The notes: a model not told the origin generated them from the sequence alone. DNA of 64,000 bases from Candidatus Latescibacterota bacterium (GCA_965248435.1 OZ252100.1:2848001-2912000); one strand, 5' to 3'; positions 18,857 through 28,553 are shown, counted from the first letter of the stretch. Translations and numbers: made by a program.

Positions 18857-19918
18857 TCACACCTTGAAGAGGAAGTGGTGGACCTCACCATCTTCCACGA
18901 CGTGATCCTTGCCTTTCTGCATCAGCCGACCCGCTTCTTTAACGTTCCGCTCGCTACCCAGGTCGAGAAGATCATCGCATCGCATCACCTCGGAACGGAT
19001 GAAGCCCTTCCCAATATCGGCGTGGATCGCCCGACCCGCTTGTGGGGCAAGCGATCCCTTTCGGACCGTCCAGGCGCGTACCTCGTCATCTCCTACCGTA
19101 AAGAAGGAGATCAGGCCCAACGCCTCGTGGCAGAGCCGGGTGAGCCGATCGATTGCGGCCTCCTCGACGTTGAGCTCCGACAGAAAGGCGTCCCGCTCAT
19201 CCGGCTCGAGCTGGGATATCTCCTGCTCCAGCTTCGCCGAGACGGAAATCACCCGGAATTGCTTCTTTGTCAGCTCCTCGGCCAGATCTTCGGGTAGCGA
19301 CAGCTCCTCTCCCTCTCCCACGTTCGCGATGATGACCACGGGTTTGCCCGTCATAAACGGATACCCGCCTGTCACCCGCCGATCTTCCTCAGTTATCCCG
19401 AAGGAGATAAGCGTGAGGCCTGCCTCCATATGCGACTGCATCCGAGAAAGTAACTCTTGCTCCTGTTCGGCAGCCTGCAAACTGATCCTCTTCCCGCGCT
19501 CCTTCTCGATACGCTCCATCCGCTTCTCGATGAAGAGCAGGTCCAACAGCACAAGTTCCTCCGAGAAAGCCTTTATGTCCCTGGCGGAATCGACACGGCC
19601 AATGGCGTGGAAGACCGTATCGTCCTCGAACGCACGCGCCACATAGCAGATAACGTCGACCTGCTCGAGGGCATCGAATAACTCCCGGTTTCTGTCCGCC
19701 TGCGTGGCCACGTCTGCCAACAGAGCGAATTCGATCTGTGTCGGGGTGCGCTTCTTCGGGCGGTACATCTCAACCAGGCTGTCGAAACGGGCATCCCGGA
19801 CATCTGCAAGGCCCGAAACTCCGTTCTGTGCGCGATCACCATTCAGCGCTTGTCCCGTGAGCAGTTCGAAAAGCGTCTTCTTCCCCACATTGGGTAAGCC
19901 AACCAACCCCAACCGCAT
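18857..19918 (-). CDS. Divergent YchF-family ATPase (DUF933 C-terminus)
   Basis: GLVGLPNVGKKTLF; C-terminal SFFTVGDDEVRAWTV...IHADIGKGFIRSEV...GKDHVVEDGEV. Confidence 0.85.
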   Translation of the reverse strand: MRLGLVGLPNVGKKTLFELLTGQALNGDRAQNGVSGLADVRDARFDSLVEMYRPKKRTPTQIEFALLADVATQADRNRELFDALEQVDVICYVARAFEDDTVFHAIGRVDSARDIKAFSEELVLLDLLFIEKRMERIEKERGKRISLQAAEQEQELLSRMQSHMEAGLTLISFGITEEDRRVTGGYPFMTGKPVVIIANVGEGEELSLPEDLAEELTKKQFRVISVSAKLEQEISQLEPDERDAFLSELNVEEAAIDRLTRLCHEALGLISFFTVGDDEVRAWTVRKGSLAPQAGRAIHADIGKGFIRSEVMRCDDLLDLGSERNVKEAGRLMQKGKDHVVEDGEVHHFLFKV

Positions 19919-20006
19919 CTTTTCCTATCCTCCGGTCCGCTGAAACGCCATAGGGCACCGACGGTCACGTCAGTGCCCTAATCTGTCTTCTCTCGCCATC
20001 CAAGGT

Positions 20007-20051
20007 TGGTGGGCGATACTGGACTCGAACCAGTGACCTCCTGTTTGTAAG
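20007..20051 (-). repeat. tRNA-Val 3'-end duplication (att site)
   Basis: 45-nt copy of 24694-24738 with one mismatch, running through the anticodon loop. Confidence 0.9.
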
Positions 20052-20279
20052 TAGGAGGAGTAGAATCAACAAAGTGTATGAAAAATAAGCCTAAGCTCCT
20101 TATTTGTCAATTATGTAAGATTCCTTCTAAGTAGTGGCCAGTTGCGCCTAGATGTATGCAGAAACCCCGGCATACTAGGGCTTATGGATACCACTAATCC
20201 AGCACAGGATTTCCGAATTCCATCTTCTCAATGTGGTGTCGGTAGTGATGAGCAGTGGTCTCACCATATTCTTTAGAAA

Positions 20280-20500
20280 TTAGCCGGCTAAGCAACTTCT
20301 GAACCTCTTTGTCTCCTCCTGAACCCGTTTCAGGTGAAACTTCTCAAAGCCACTGCTGACCTGTGGAATCTCGAAGAACTCCGACATAGAACTTTGCCAC
20401 CGGGTATTCACTTCCTCCTTGGACATCTTTTCGAGATTGGTTTCCAGACTGGTCTCAGTTTCCAAATAGCCAAACAGCGCGCCATATTCCCTCATATCAT
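20280..20500 (-). pseudogene. C-terminal fragment of an L-rhamnose mutarotase-like gene
   Basis: MREYGALFGYLET...MSKEEVNTRWQSSMSEFFE matches the family C-half; N-half absent, the TauD gene abuts. Confidence 0.6.
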
Positions 20501-20517
20501 CCCCGGCGTCGGTAGAT

Positions 20518-21393
20518 TCATTCGGCGGCCGAATCCATCGCCCATTTGTTGCTTCCATCGTCACCGGCAATCGTAGTTCGGCGCATGTCGCGTTTCTGCC
20601 CGGGCGGCCATGGACGGGCCCGGTGCAACACGCAACGGTTGTCCCAAAGCACGACGTCGCCTGGTTGCCAGCGGTGGGCATAAACCCGCGGAGGTTGGCA
20701 TGCTTCCGCGCAAAGCTGCTGTAGCAGATGCCGGCTCTGTTCTACGTCTTCGCCCGCTATGTGGCTGGCATGACGACCGATGTAGAGCAACTTGCGTCCC
20801 GAATCCGGATGGACTTTGACGACGCGGTGTTCAACCGGAGGTGCCGCAGCCAGTTCAGCGTCGCTCATCAAATCCAACCCGCCAATCTGACCCTGGCTGT
20901 ACCGGTAGCTGTGCACCGCTACCTTGTCTTCCAACCACGCCCTGCGGTCTTCGTCAAGAGCATCGAATGCCGCCCGCATATCGGCAAACTGGGTCTGGCC
21001 ACCCGAATCCGGCAGGACGACTGCTCGCAACATCGAGCCTTTTGCGGCGACCCGCTTGAACGACCTATCGGTGTGCCAGAGCTGGTTACCCTTATTGAAC
21101 AGGTCCCGCGAGCCTCCGGACTCGTTGAACTCGCCGTCCGGCCCGACGTTGGTCACGTAGAAGATCTCCGGCCGAGCCCCCTCGATCGAGGTGATCAGGA
21201 GACGCCCAAGGGGGCCGAATCGTTCGCTGAACTCGATTTGCGATTCGTCGTCCAGATCCTGTCCCCTGAATACCAATACGCCGTAGTCGAACCAGGCAGC
21301 TTCGATTCGCGCGAAGGTCTCATCGTCGATGTCGCGCACGTCGACGTCGTCCACTATTGCGCCGAGGGTGGCGTCTACAGGTTCGATGCGCAT
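20518..21393 (-). CDS. TauD/TfdA family dioxygenase (second copy)
   Basis: WHTD, GGQTQFADM, WDNRCVLHRA; AAGGAG SD before ATG 21393. Confidence 0.92.
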   Translation of the reverse strand: MRIEPVDATLGAIVDDVDVRDIDDETFARIEAAWFDYGVLVFRGQDLDDESQIEFSERFGPLGRLLITSIEGARPEIFYVTNVGPDGEFNESGGSRDLFNKGNQLWHTDRSFKRVAAKGSMLRAVVLPDSGGQTQFADMRAAFDALDEDRRAWLEDKVAVHSYRYSQGQIGGLDLMSDAELAAAPPVEHRVVKVHPDSGRKLLYIGRHASHIAGEDVEQSRHLLQQLCAEACQPPRVYAHRWQPGDVVLWDNRCVLHRARPWPPGQKRDMRRTTIAGDDGSNKWAMDSAAE

Positions 21394-21596
21394 ACACAGT
21401 CTCCTTAGCAGGGCCTGATGTGCCCGGATCATGGACCGGCGACCGGCGAGGTGCAATTCAGTCCGGGTAACGGCAGTGCCCTTTGCGCCTGCAGACAGCC
21501 CCACCTGGCCACCTGCCCTCGCCCAAGATACGCCAAGGTATGGCAACTCAACGAATCCAGCCCAGCATCCACCCAATAGAGCTGGCGAACCCTCCG

Positions 21597-21833
21597 CTAC
21601 GCCCGAAACTGCGCCCAGATTCCCTGCCTGACTACATGAGAACGCCGTTTATTCTTCCTATCCGCGTCAATCACTTCTTCTTTGAAGCCAGGCCCGTTTG
21701 GGTTCTCATCGGCGTGAATAAGGCGGACGATGGCTGCCTCGTAGGTCGGCAGGTCCGTGCTGACCATAAAGCGAATCTGTTCGCCCGGCGCTACACTGAA
21801 TTCGTCAGCGTATCCGATCAATTCTGACGGCAT
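21597..21833 (-). pseudogene. N-terminal fragment of an N,N-dimethylformamidase beta-subunit family gene
   Basis: LIGYADEFSVAPGEQIRFMVS...IVRLIHADENPNGPGFKEE; family members are several hundred aa, this stops at 78 aa. Confidence 0.65.
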
Positions 21834-21969
21834 GGTCTCCTCCGTGAAGATTAGGGATTGGAGATTGCTACGGCCCCCAGCCACTCAAGTTCTGCCTCGC
21901 TGAATAGAGGATCGGACGCCTCTCATGAAACTAGGAAGGTGTATTTTACTCCGGCTTCTTGCACCTCTT

Positions 21970-22938
21970 TCACAACCAAGGGGGTGTCTCTTCCGGCATT
22001 GTCGTCAACACGATTGGCTGGAGAAACTCGACGCTCTTGACGATGCCCTCGCGTGCGCTCATCAGTGTGTCTTCGTGCTCAATGCTCAACACGCCATCGT
22101 AGCCCACGGCGCGTAGGGCACTGACAAATCCGCGCCACCATAATTCATCGTGTCCGAAGCCCAACGTACGATACCCCCAGGCTCGCTCGGTTACTAAGTG
22201 CATGGGGCGCATGTCGATACCGCCGTTGAGGGCCATTTCATAGGGGTCGAGGCGGGTGTCCTTGGCGTGGACATGGAAGATAAAGTTCTGGCCCAAGGTG
22301 CGGATGACCAGGAGCGGGTCCATGCCCTGGTAAAACAGGTGGCTAGGATCGAGATTGGCGCCCAGGTTGGGGCCGGCGATCTCGCGCAGGCGGAGCAGGG
22401 TTCGCGTGTTGTAGGCAGCCTGGCCAGGGTGCATTTCAATGGCGATTTTGACGCCGTGGTCAGCAGCGAACCCCCCAACCTTTTGCCAGAAAGGGGTGAT
22501 CACTTCGTTCCACTGCCAGTTGTAGAGCTCAGCGAACTCTGGTTGCCACGGGTGGTTCACCCAGTTGGGGTAGGGGCTCCCACTCGGGTCGCCCGGACAG
22601 CCACTCATGGTCACCACAGTGTCCAGCCCGAGTTTGCTGGCAAGCTCTATTGATTTGAAAATGATCTCCTGATGTGCCTTTCCTCTTTCAGGATGCGGAT
22701 CGAGCGGGTTAGCATTACAGTTGAGAGCGCTCAATGTGAGCCCGCGACTCTCAATGGCGGCGTTAAACGCCGTCCGTGCATTTTCATCGTTCAGTAACTG
22801 ATCTGGGTCACAATGCGGTGCGTTCGAGAAACCGCCGGTAGCAATCTCCACGGCTTCGACCCCCTGAGCGGCGATCCAGTCGAGCGCTTCGGTAAAAGAA
22901 AGGTCCGGCAGACCGTCGGTATAGAGTCCGATTTTCAC
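21970..22938 (-). CDS. Sugar-phosphate isomerase/epimerase (xylose-isomerase-like TIM barrel)
   Basis: IEMHPG, NLDPSH, HVHAKD, GYDGVLSIEHED; AGGAGG before GTG 22938. Confidence 0.9.
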   Translation of the reverse strand: MKIGLYTDGLPDLSFTEALDWIAAQGVEAVEIATGGFSNAPHCDPDQLLNDENARTAFNAAIESRGLTLSALNCNANPLDPHPERGKAHQEIIFKSIELASKLGLDTVVTMSGCPGDPSGSPYPNWVNHPWQPEFAELYNWQWNEVITPFWQKVGGFAADHGVKIAIEMHPGQAAYNTRTLLRLREIAGPNLGANLDPSHLFYQGMDPLLVIRTLGQNFIFHVHAKDTRLDPYEMALNGGIDMRPMHLVTERAWGYRTLGFGHDELWWRGFVSALRAVGYDGVLSIEHEDTLMSAREGIVKSVEFLQPIVLTTMPEETPPWL

Positions 22939-23024
22939 GATGTCCTCCTGAATGGTATCGTTCATGAAGCAAGGAAACTTGCTTGACGAAGTAGAGTTAT
23001 TGCTCAATGAGAATGGTGGAGAAG

Positions 23025-23200
23025 AGGACACAGATTTTCACAGATAGACACAGATAAAATGATCAAATCTGTGTCCTATAAATGGAACTGGGATAGCTCA
23101 AAACTTAATTGGGCATCAAGTCTATTGACGCCTGTCTGAGTATGCAATCCGCGTGATGCGTGATCCACGCGAGAGCGATTTCACGGATCACGCATCACGC
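23025..23200. repeat. Two short inverted-repeat elements built of 9-mer and 7-mer units
   Basis: aggacacagattt (23025-37) / aaatctgtgtcct (23065-77); gcgtgatgcgtgatcc (23151-66) / ggatcacgcatcacgc (23185-200). Confidence 0.8.
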
Positions 23201-23201
23201 A

Positions 23202-24203
23202 TTACTCCTTCGTTTCCTTCCAAAGTTCATGCACCTCAGCAACTTGCCACCACAATGGTCCCACCGGCTTCTCAAGTATCATCGGCTTGATAAATGCTGC
23301 TGCCTTTTCCAGTCCCTCCTGAATCTCGATGTACTCGCTCTCCATTTCAAGAGAGAGGATGCCCTCGTAGCCGATGAAGCGCAGCGTCGAGATGACTTCG
23401 CGCCAAGTTCGCTCGTCATGACCCCACCCGGGTATCGTGAACGTCCAGGAACGCTCCTGGTACTCTTTCAGACCGGTGGAGTCAAATAGGCCACGAAGCC
23501 GAGCATTGGGCTCGTGGATCAGCGTGTCCTTGAGATGAACATTCTGAATGAGGTCGCTCAGATAATGTATCGCCTCGAACGGATCGATCGCTTGCACCCA
23601 CATGTGTGAGATATCAAAATTGCAAGCAACCACCGGGCCAAGTTCATCGCGCAGCCGCCGCAGCTTGACCGGACTATGGATCATGTCGCTGATTTGCATC
23701 TCGAAGCACAGTGTCACACCGTGATCCGCAGCGACTTTCCCATGCTCTTTCCAGTACGGAATCAGACGCTTCTCCCACTGCCATTCGAGGGCGTCACGAA
23801 ACATGGGCAGGTCGGTGTTGATGATCCAGACCGGCAAGCTGTCTCCCTCAGCGCCTTCCGGCAGACCCGCTACCAGCGCCAATCGGGTCGCACCGATCTT
23901 CTCCATCAGCTTGCACGTCTGTCGGAACTCGCGAGAATATTCCTCGGCAATCCTCTTGTCCGGGAACAACGGCGTGCCATGGCCAGCGAACGAATAGATC
24001 TCAAGGCCGTGACTAGCGTACGCGTCAAGCCATCGGTCAAGTTCGCCTTGGTCTGCAAGCAGCTTATCCACATCACAGTATTTGTTGGCACCACCTCCCA
24101 TTGCCGCGATCTCGACCGCCTTCAACTCAAAGTCCTGACAGAATTTCAGACCCTCCTCGAACCCAAACTTCATGATGAAATGTGTATTAATTCCGAGTTT
24201 CAC
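23202..24203 (-). CDS. Sugar-phosphate isomerase/epimerase TIM barrel (paralog of neighbour)
   Basis: FEMQ, NFDISH, VHLKD, GYEGILSLEME. Confidence 0.9.
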   Translation of the reverse strand: MKLGINTHFIMKFGFEEGLKFCQDFELKAVEIAAMGGGANKYCDVDKLLADQGELDRWLDAYASHGLEIYSFAGHGTPLFPDKRIAEEYSREFRQTCKLMEKIGATRLALVAGLPEGAEGDSLPVWIINTDLPMFRDALEWQWEKRLIPYWKEHGKVAADHGVTLCFEMQISDMIHSPVKLRRLRDELGPVVACNFDISHMWVQAIDPFEAIHYLSDLIQNVHLKDTLIHEPNARLRGLFDSTGLKEYQERSWTFTIPGWGHDERTWREVISTLRFIGYEGILSLEMESEYIEIQEGLEKAAAFIKPMILEKPVGPLWWQVAEVHELWKETKE

Positions 24204-24655
24204 GTGAATCTCCTTTTGGTTGCTTCAGATGTGTTGATGGCAAGGCGTTCAGCAAAAAACTGATAGCCCGCCAGAAATTCTTAGCGCTGCTAGAACAAGC
24301 CTGAATACCTACCGCCTCTGCCACAATGTTCACAGGGTAGAGTGACACCTTCGAGGTAGCATGGATGACGAAGTCTCCGCCTCCAGAGCTGTCTTCCAGG
24401 AAGGTCAGGACGAATGAAAACGAACCGGACGAAGCTTCGTTGACTTTTTCAATCCTTACCCCTGAGTGTCCGTCCATTGCGACTCCTTAGGATAACACGT
24501 CAGCGTGTCGGCTTCTGGCAGTTTTCTAACAATCCAGGCCAAAACCGCCCGAAATACAACAAATCAATATACAATCCATTCACATCTAGGCACAACTTCC
24601 CACATTTTATTTTCAGCCACCCAGATTTGGATACCAGACGGATACCAAAGAAAGG

Positions 24656-24684
24656 AGGGTTACAGACAGAAATCTGTAACCCCT
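24656..24684 (-). terminator. Hairpin downstream of tRNA-Val
   Basis: agggttacaga-cagaaa-tctgtaacccct. Confidence 0.6.
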
Positions 24685-24693
24685 TGTTTTCAT

Positions 24694-24770
24694 TGGTGGG
24701 CGATACTGGACTCGAACCAGTGACCTCCTGCTTGTAAGGCAGGCGCTCTAACCAGCTGAGCTAAACGCCC
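24694..24770 (-). tRNA. tRNA-Val(UAC)
   Basis: GGGCGTT TA GCTC AGCTGGTTA GAGC G CCTGC CTTACAA GCAGG AGGTC ACTGG TTCGAGT CCAGT ATCGCCC ACCA cloverleaf with encoded CCA. Confidence 0.97.
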
Positions 24771-25078
24771 ACGCCGTTGTCCGTTTTCTGGTCCGTCGCC
24801 TCTTTCTCTGAAGGTCCACCGATCAGCAGCCCGAGCGGGATCAACACGCAATACCCAAGGACGAGAAGGATCGGTGCCAGAGTCAGGGAGTAAAACCCGT
24901 CCACCGGCGGCCGAGCGAGGCAGAGATACCCGACCAAAATCACGCCGATCCCCAAGCCGAAAATAGCCCAGTTCTGTTTCGTGTAGGGCAGGCTCCAGCG
25001 CTCACGCGGCCGCCGTCTCTGCCTCTGCCCTCGGCGTGAGCGATTTCGTGAGCGTGAGTCTCTTCGTGATGAAGCCAC
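24761..25078 (-). CDS. Small two-TM membrane protein, DUF3098-like
   Basis: LPYTKQNWAIFGLGIGVILVGYLCL...SLTLAPILLVLGYCVLIPLGLL; basic N-terminus. Confidence 0.8.
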   Translation of the reverse strand: MASSRRDSRSRNRSRRGQRQRRRPRERWSLPYTKQNWAIFGLGIGVILVGYLCLARPPVDGFYSLTLAPILLVLGYCVLIPLGLLIGGPSEKEATDQKTDNGVGV

Positions 25079-25081
25079 GCG

Positions 25082-25450
25082 TTACTTCCTCGATGGTTTG
25101 GCCGTAATCTTCTCGGCGATTCGTGCGGCACGTCCGCGCCGTTCGCGCAGATACGTGATCCGAGACCGGCGCACCACGCCTTGCTTGATGCGCTCCACTT
25201 TGGCGACGCGGGGTGAGTGTGTAGGAAAGATTCGCTCCACGCCGACCCCACCCACAGCGATCTTGCGAACCGTAAAGGTCTCGTGAATCCCCCCACCCTT
25301 CCGCTGCAGCACCACGCCCTCGAAAATCTGCGTGCGCTCCTTTTCACCTTCGATCACGCGTACGTGCACGCGCACCGTATCACCCGCCCCAAAGTCGGGA
25401 CGATCACTGCGAAGGTTGTTTTCGTTTACAATATCGAGCAAAGGGTCCAT
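25082..25450 (-). CDS. rplS: 50S ribosomal protein L19
   Basis: [30 protein letters not shown]...[13 protein letters not shown]. Confidence 0.98.
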   Translation of the reverse strand: MDPLLDIVNENNLRSDRPDFGAGDTVRVHVRVIEGEKERTQIFEGVVLQRKGGGIHETFTVRKIAVGGVGVERIFPTHSPRVAKVERIKQGVVRRSRITYLRERRGRAARIAEKITAKPSRK

Positions 25451-25498
25451 GATGACACGAAACTCCTATGTAAGTCGCCGGCTGCCTTTCAAAAAACC

Positions 25499-26200
25499 TT
25501 AAGTCAAATCCAGTTCAGGCTTTTCCTCAAGAAGATCCGGCCTTCGTTCACGCGTACGTCTGATCGCCTCTTCTCGTCGCCAGGTTTCGATCAGCCGATG
25601 ATTCCCACTCAACAACACTTCAGGTACAGACAAGTCCTCAAAAACCTCCGGACGCGTATACCACGGGCAGTCCAACAGTCCATTCTGAAACGAGTCTTCC
25701 AGCGCCGATTCAGCGTCACCAATCGCCCCGGGGATCAACCTCACCACGGCGTCGATCAACACGAGCGCCGGTAGTTCCCCGCCACTCACTGCGTAGTCCC
25801 CGATCGAGATCTCCTCAGTCACATAACGCTCACGGATGCGTTCGTCGATACCCCGGTAGTGTCCGCACAACAGAACAAGATTCTCCTCCATCGACAGCCG
25901 GTTTGCGGTCTCCTGATCCAACCGCTTCCCTTCCGGCGTCAAGAAGATCACACGCTCCAGAGAACCTCCGTCCGCGGCGATCGACTTCAGCGCGCGTGCG
26001 ATCGGCTCTGGCTTGAAGACCATCCCGGCGCCGCCGCCGTAGGGCGTGTCGTCCACAGACCTGTGGACATCGTCGGTGTGGTCTCTCAGGTCGTGAACGT
26101 CCAGCTTCACGAGACCGGATTTGATCGCTCGGCCCGGAATGCTGTAAGAGAGCGCAAGCTCGACCAAATCTGGAAAAATCGTCAATACATCGATACGCAC
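25499..26200 (-). CDS. trmD: tRNA (guanine-N1)-methyltransferase
   Basis: VDDTPYGGGAGMV, CGHYRGIDER, SIGDYAVSGGE, YTRP. Confidence 0.98.
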   Translation of the reverse strand: MRIDVLTIFPDLVELALSYSIPGRAIKSGLVKLDVHDLRDHTDDVHRSVDDTPYGGGAGMVFKPEPIARALKSIAADGGSLERVIFLTPEGKRLDQETANRLSMEENLVLLCGHYRGIDERIRERYVTEEISIGDYAVSGGELPALVLIDAVVRLIPGAIGDAESALEDSFQNGLLDCPWYTRPEVFEDLSVPEVLLSGNHRLIETWRREEAIRRTRERRPDLLEEKPELDLT

Positions 26201-26213
26201 GGCGCAACTCCGA

Positions 26214-26738
26214 TCACAGAAGCCCCTCCATGTCGCGAATAACCAGACGGCCCCCGGACTTGTCGATTCGAATCAGATCCTTAATCGCGGGCAGCAAAAC
26301 CTCTTCTCCATCCCGGTCCACTACATAGACGTCGTTCGCCGGCATAGGAAGCACATCCGCGACCCGCCCGATTCGCTCCCCCGCCTCGGTCTCGACTTCT
26401 AGGCCCACAATCTCAAAAACGTAATGGAAACCTTCCGGAAGGGGGTGAACCTCCTCCCGCCGAACCACGAGCAGGCTGCCTCTCAACTCAGCAACGGCTT
26501 CAGGCGTCTCGATTCCGTCGAATTTTATCGCCATCCGATTACCGTATGCTCGGATGTTCTCGACGCCCAGCCTGTTTCGCGATCCATCCGGCCGTTCCAG
26601 CAGGACCTCGTCAAGATCCTCAAACCGTTCAACGAAGTCGGTCAAAGGCATGAAAAATGCCTCGCCTCGGACCCCGCGCGGTCGAAGAATCTTCCCGATG
26701 GCGACGAACGCGCTCGACTCTGACTTTGCCTCTGGCAA
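26214..26738 (-). CDS. rimM: 16S rRNA processing protein RimM
   Basis: IGKILRPRGVRGE, ANDVYVV, LLPAI; synteny with rpsP and trmD. Confidence 0.95.
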   Translation of the reverse strand: MPEAKSESSAFVAIGKILRPRGVRGEAFFMPLTDFVERFEDLDEVLLERPDGSRNRLGVENIRAYGNRMAIKFDGIETPEAVAELRGSLLVVRREEVHPLPEGFHYVFEIVGLEVETEAGERIGRVADVLPMPANDVYVVDRDGEEVLLPAIKDLIRIDKSGGRLVIRDMEGLL

Positions 26739-26741
26739 GGC

Positions 26742-27062
26742 TCAGGCCTCAGCAGGCTCCTCTGCCCCGCTACCGCCCCCTTCAGGCCCGGCCGCTGTGG
26801 GCTCAGGGATTCCGCGCCAGCGCCTCAAGATGCCTTCCCGCCTGAGCAGACTTCTAGCCGTATCAGAAGGCTGAGCACCTTTAGACAGCCAGTGCAGAAT
26901 GCGATCTTCGTGCAGCTTCAAGACCTCCGGGTTCTTCGTCGGATCATAGTAGCCTAGGTTTTCGACGAAGCGTCCGTCCCTCGGAGAGGTACCCTCGGCA
27001 GCAACCAAACGGTAGAAGGGAGCGTTCTTGGCGCCCTTTCGAGTCAGTCGTATCCTGAGCAA
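26742..27062 (-). CDS. rpsP: 30S ribosomal protein S16
   Basis: RIRLTRKGAKNAPFYRLV...PRDGRFVENLGYYDP. Confidence 0.98.
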   Translation of the reverse strand: MLRIRLTRKGAKNAPFYRLVAAEGTSPRDGRFVENLGYYDPTKNPEVLKLHEDRILHWLSKGAQPSDTARSLLRREGILRRWRGIPEPTAAGPEGGGSGAEEPAEA

Positions 27063-27157
27063 TCGATCACCTCCGTAAAAACATCGTCAACACTTCAATA
27101 ATGAACCGCTACGCTGTTACGACGAGATACGAGAGATATGTCATACGAGGTACGTGC

Positions 27158-28480
27158 TTAGAATGGCATCGACATCCCCTTGCCGACCATCTCACCCCGA
27201 CCCATCCGCTTCATCATCTTCTGCATCGTGTTAAATTGCTTGATCAGCCGGTTGACATCCTGAACCTTCGTCCCGCTTCCCCGGGCGATGCGGCGCCTCC
27301 GGCTCCCGTTGAGCATCTGCGGGTTCGCTCGCTCCTGGCGTGTCATCGAACAGATCACCGCCTCCACCTGCACGAAAGCGTCTTCCGTGACTTGAACGCC
27401 CTTCAGCGCCTTCCCTGCTCCAGGGATCATCTGCATCACCTGATCCAGAGGCCCCATCTTGCGAACCTGATCCAGCTGCTCCCGAAAGTCGTCAAAGGTG
27501 AATGACGCCGTTCGAAGCTTCTTTTGGAGCTTGCGTGCCTGCTCGACTTCTACGGCCTGCTCCGCCTTTTCAACCAGGGTGACCACGTCTCCCATGCCCA
27601 TGATGCGCGACGCCATACGCTCCGGATGAAAGGGCTCGAGACCCTCCAGCTTTTCACTCACCCCAACAAACTTGATCGGAACCCCGGTCACTTCACGGAT
27701 CGAGACCGCCGCACCACCGCGCGTATCGCTGTCCATCCTCGTCAGCACGACGCCGGTAAACTGGAGTCGCTCGTGAAAGGCCGCTGCCGTCGAGACCGCA
27801 TCCTGTCCCGTCATCCCATCGGCGACAAACAGAATCTCCGACGGATCGACGGCCTCTTTGATCCTCGCGGCCTCATCCATCCGATCTTCATCCACGTGCA
27901 GCCTGCCTGCCGTGTCCATGATGACCGGATCCAGGCCTTCGGTCTTCGCCCGGGCGAGGCCATCAACACAGGTCTTCACCGGATCGTTCGTTTCGTCAGG
28001 CACCTGGACGGCGACTTCGATCGATTCACCAAGGATCGTGAGCTGCTCGACAGCCGCGGGACGTGTGACATCCGCGGCGACCAGTAGCGGGCGCCGACCC
28101 ATCGACTTGACGAGTCTGGCGAGCTTTGCTGCGGTCGTCGTCTTTCCGCTGCCCTGAAGACCGATCATAAGCACGACATTCGGTGGCGATCCGGAAATCT
28201 GAAGCCCTTCGTGCGAACCTCCGAGCAGCTTCACCATTTCGCCGTGGACCGCCTTGACAATCTGCTGGCCTGGCGTGATGCTCTTGAGCACGTCCTGACC
28301 GAGGGCCCGAGTCTTTACGCCGTCCACGAACGACTTGGCCACCTTGTAGTTGACGTCTGCCTCCAGAAGGGCCCGGCGCACATCCCGAAGCGCCTCCTCC
28401 ACATTGGCCTCGGTCAACTTGCCGCGGCTTCGCAGGTTCTTGAAAACTGCTTCTAATTTTTCGGTTAAATGGTCGAACAT
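27158..28480 (-). CDS. ffh: Signal recognition particle protein
   Basis: ALLEADV, GLQGSGKTT, DTAGR, RIMGMGD, Met-rich C-terminus. Confidence 0.98.
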   Translation of the reverse strand: MFDHLTEKLEAVFKNLRSRGKLTEANVEEALRDVRRALLEADVNYKVAKSFVDGVKTRALGQDVLKSITPGQQIVKAVHGEMVKLLGGSHEGLQISGSPPNVVLMIGLQGSGKTTTAAKLARLVKSMGRRPLLVAADVTRPAAVEQLTILGESIEVAVQVPDETNDPVKTCVDGLARAKTEGLDPVIMDTAGRLHVDEDRMDEAARIKEAVDPSEILFVADGMTGQDAVSTAAAFHERLQFTGVVLTRMDSDTRGGAAVSIREVTGVPIKFVGVSEKLEGLEPFHPERMASRIMGMGDVVTLVEKAEQAVEVEQARKLQKKLRTASFTFDDFREQLDQVRKMGPLDQVMQMIPGAGKALKGVQVTEDAFVQVEAVICSMTRQERANPQMLNGSRRRRIARGSGTKVQDVNRLIKQFNTMQKMMKRMGRGEMVGKGMSMPF

Positions 28481-28553
28481 CCTCTCCCTCTCCAAAAAAG
28501 GCGTAGACCGAATAATATATTATAAATCCTATACTTTCGCAACTGAGATTTCT

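Noticed and set aside
24187-24477. 96-aa ORF with an AAGGAG SD as an integrase or transposase remnant
   Set aside because: No recognisable motif; may be a truncated gene but cannot be supported.
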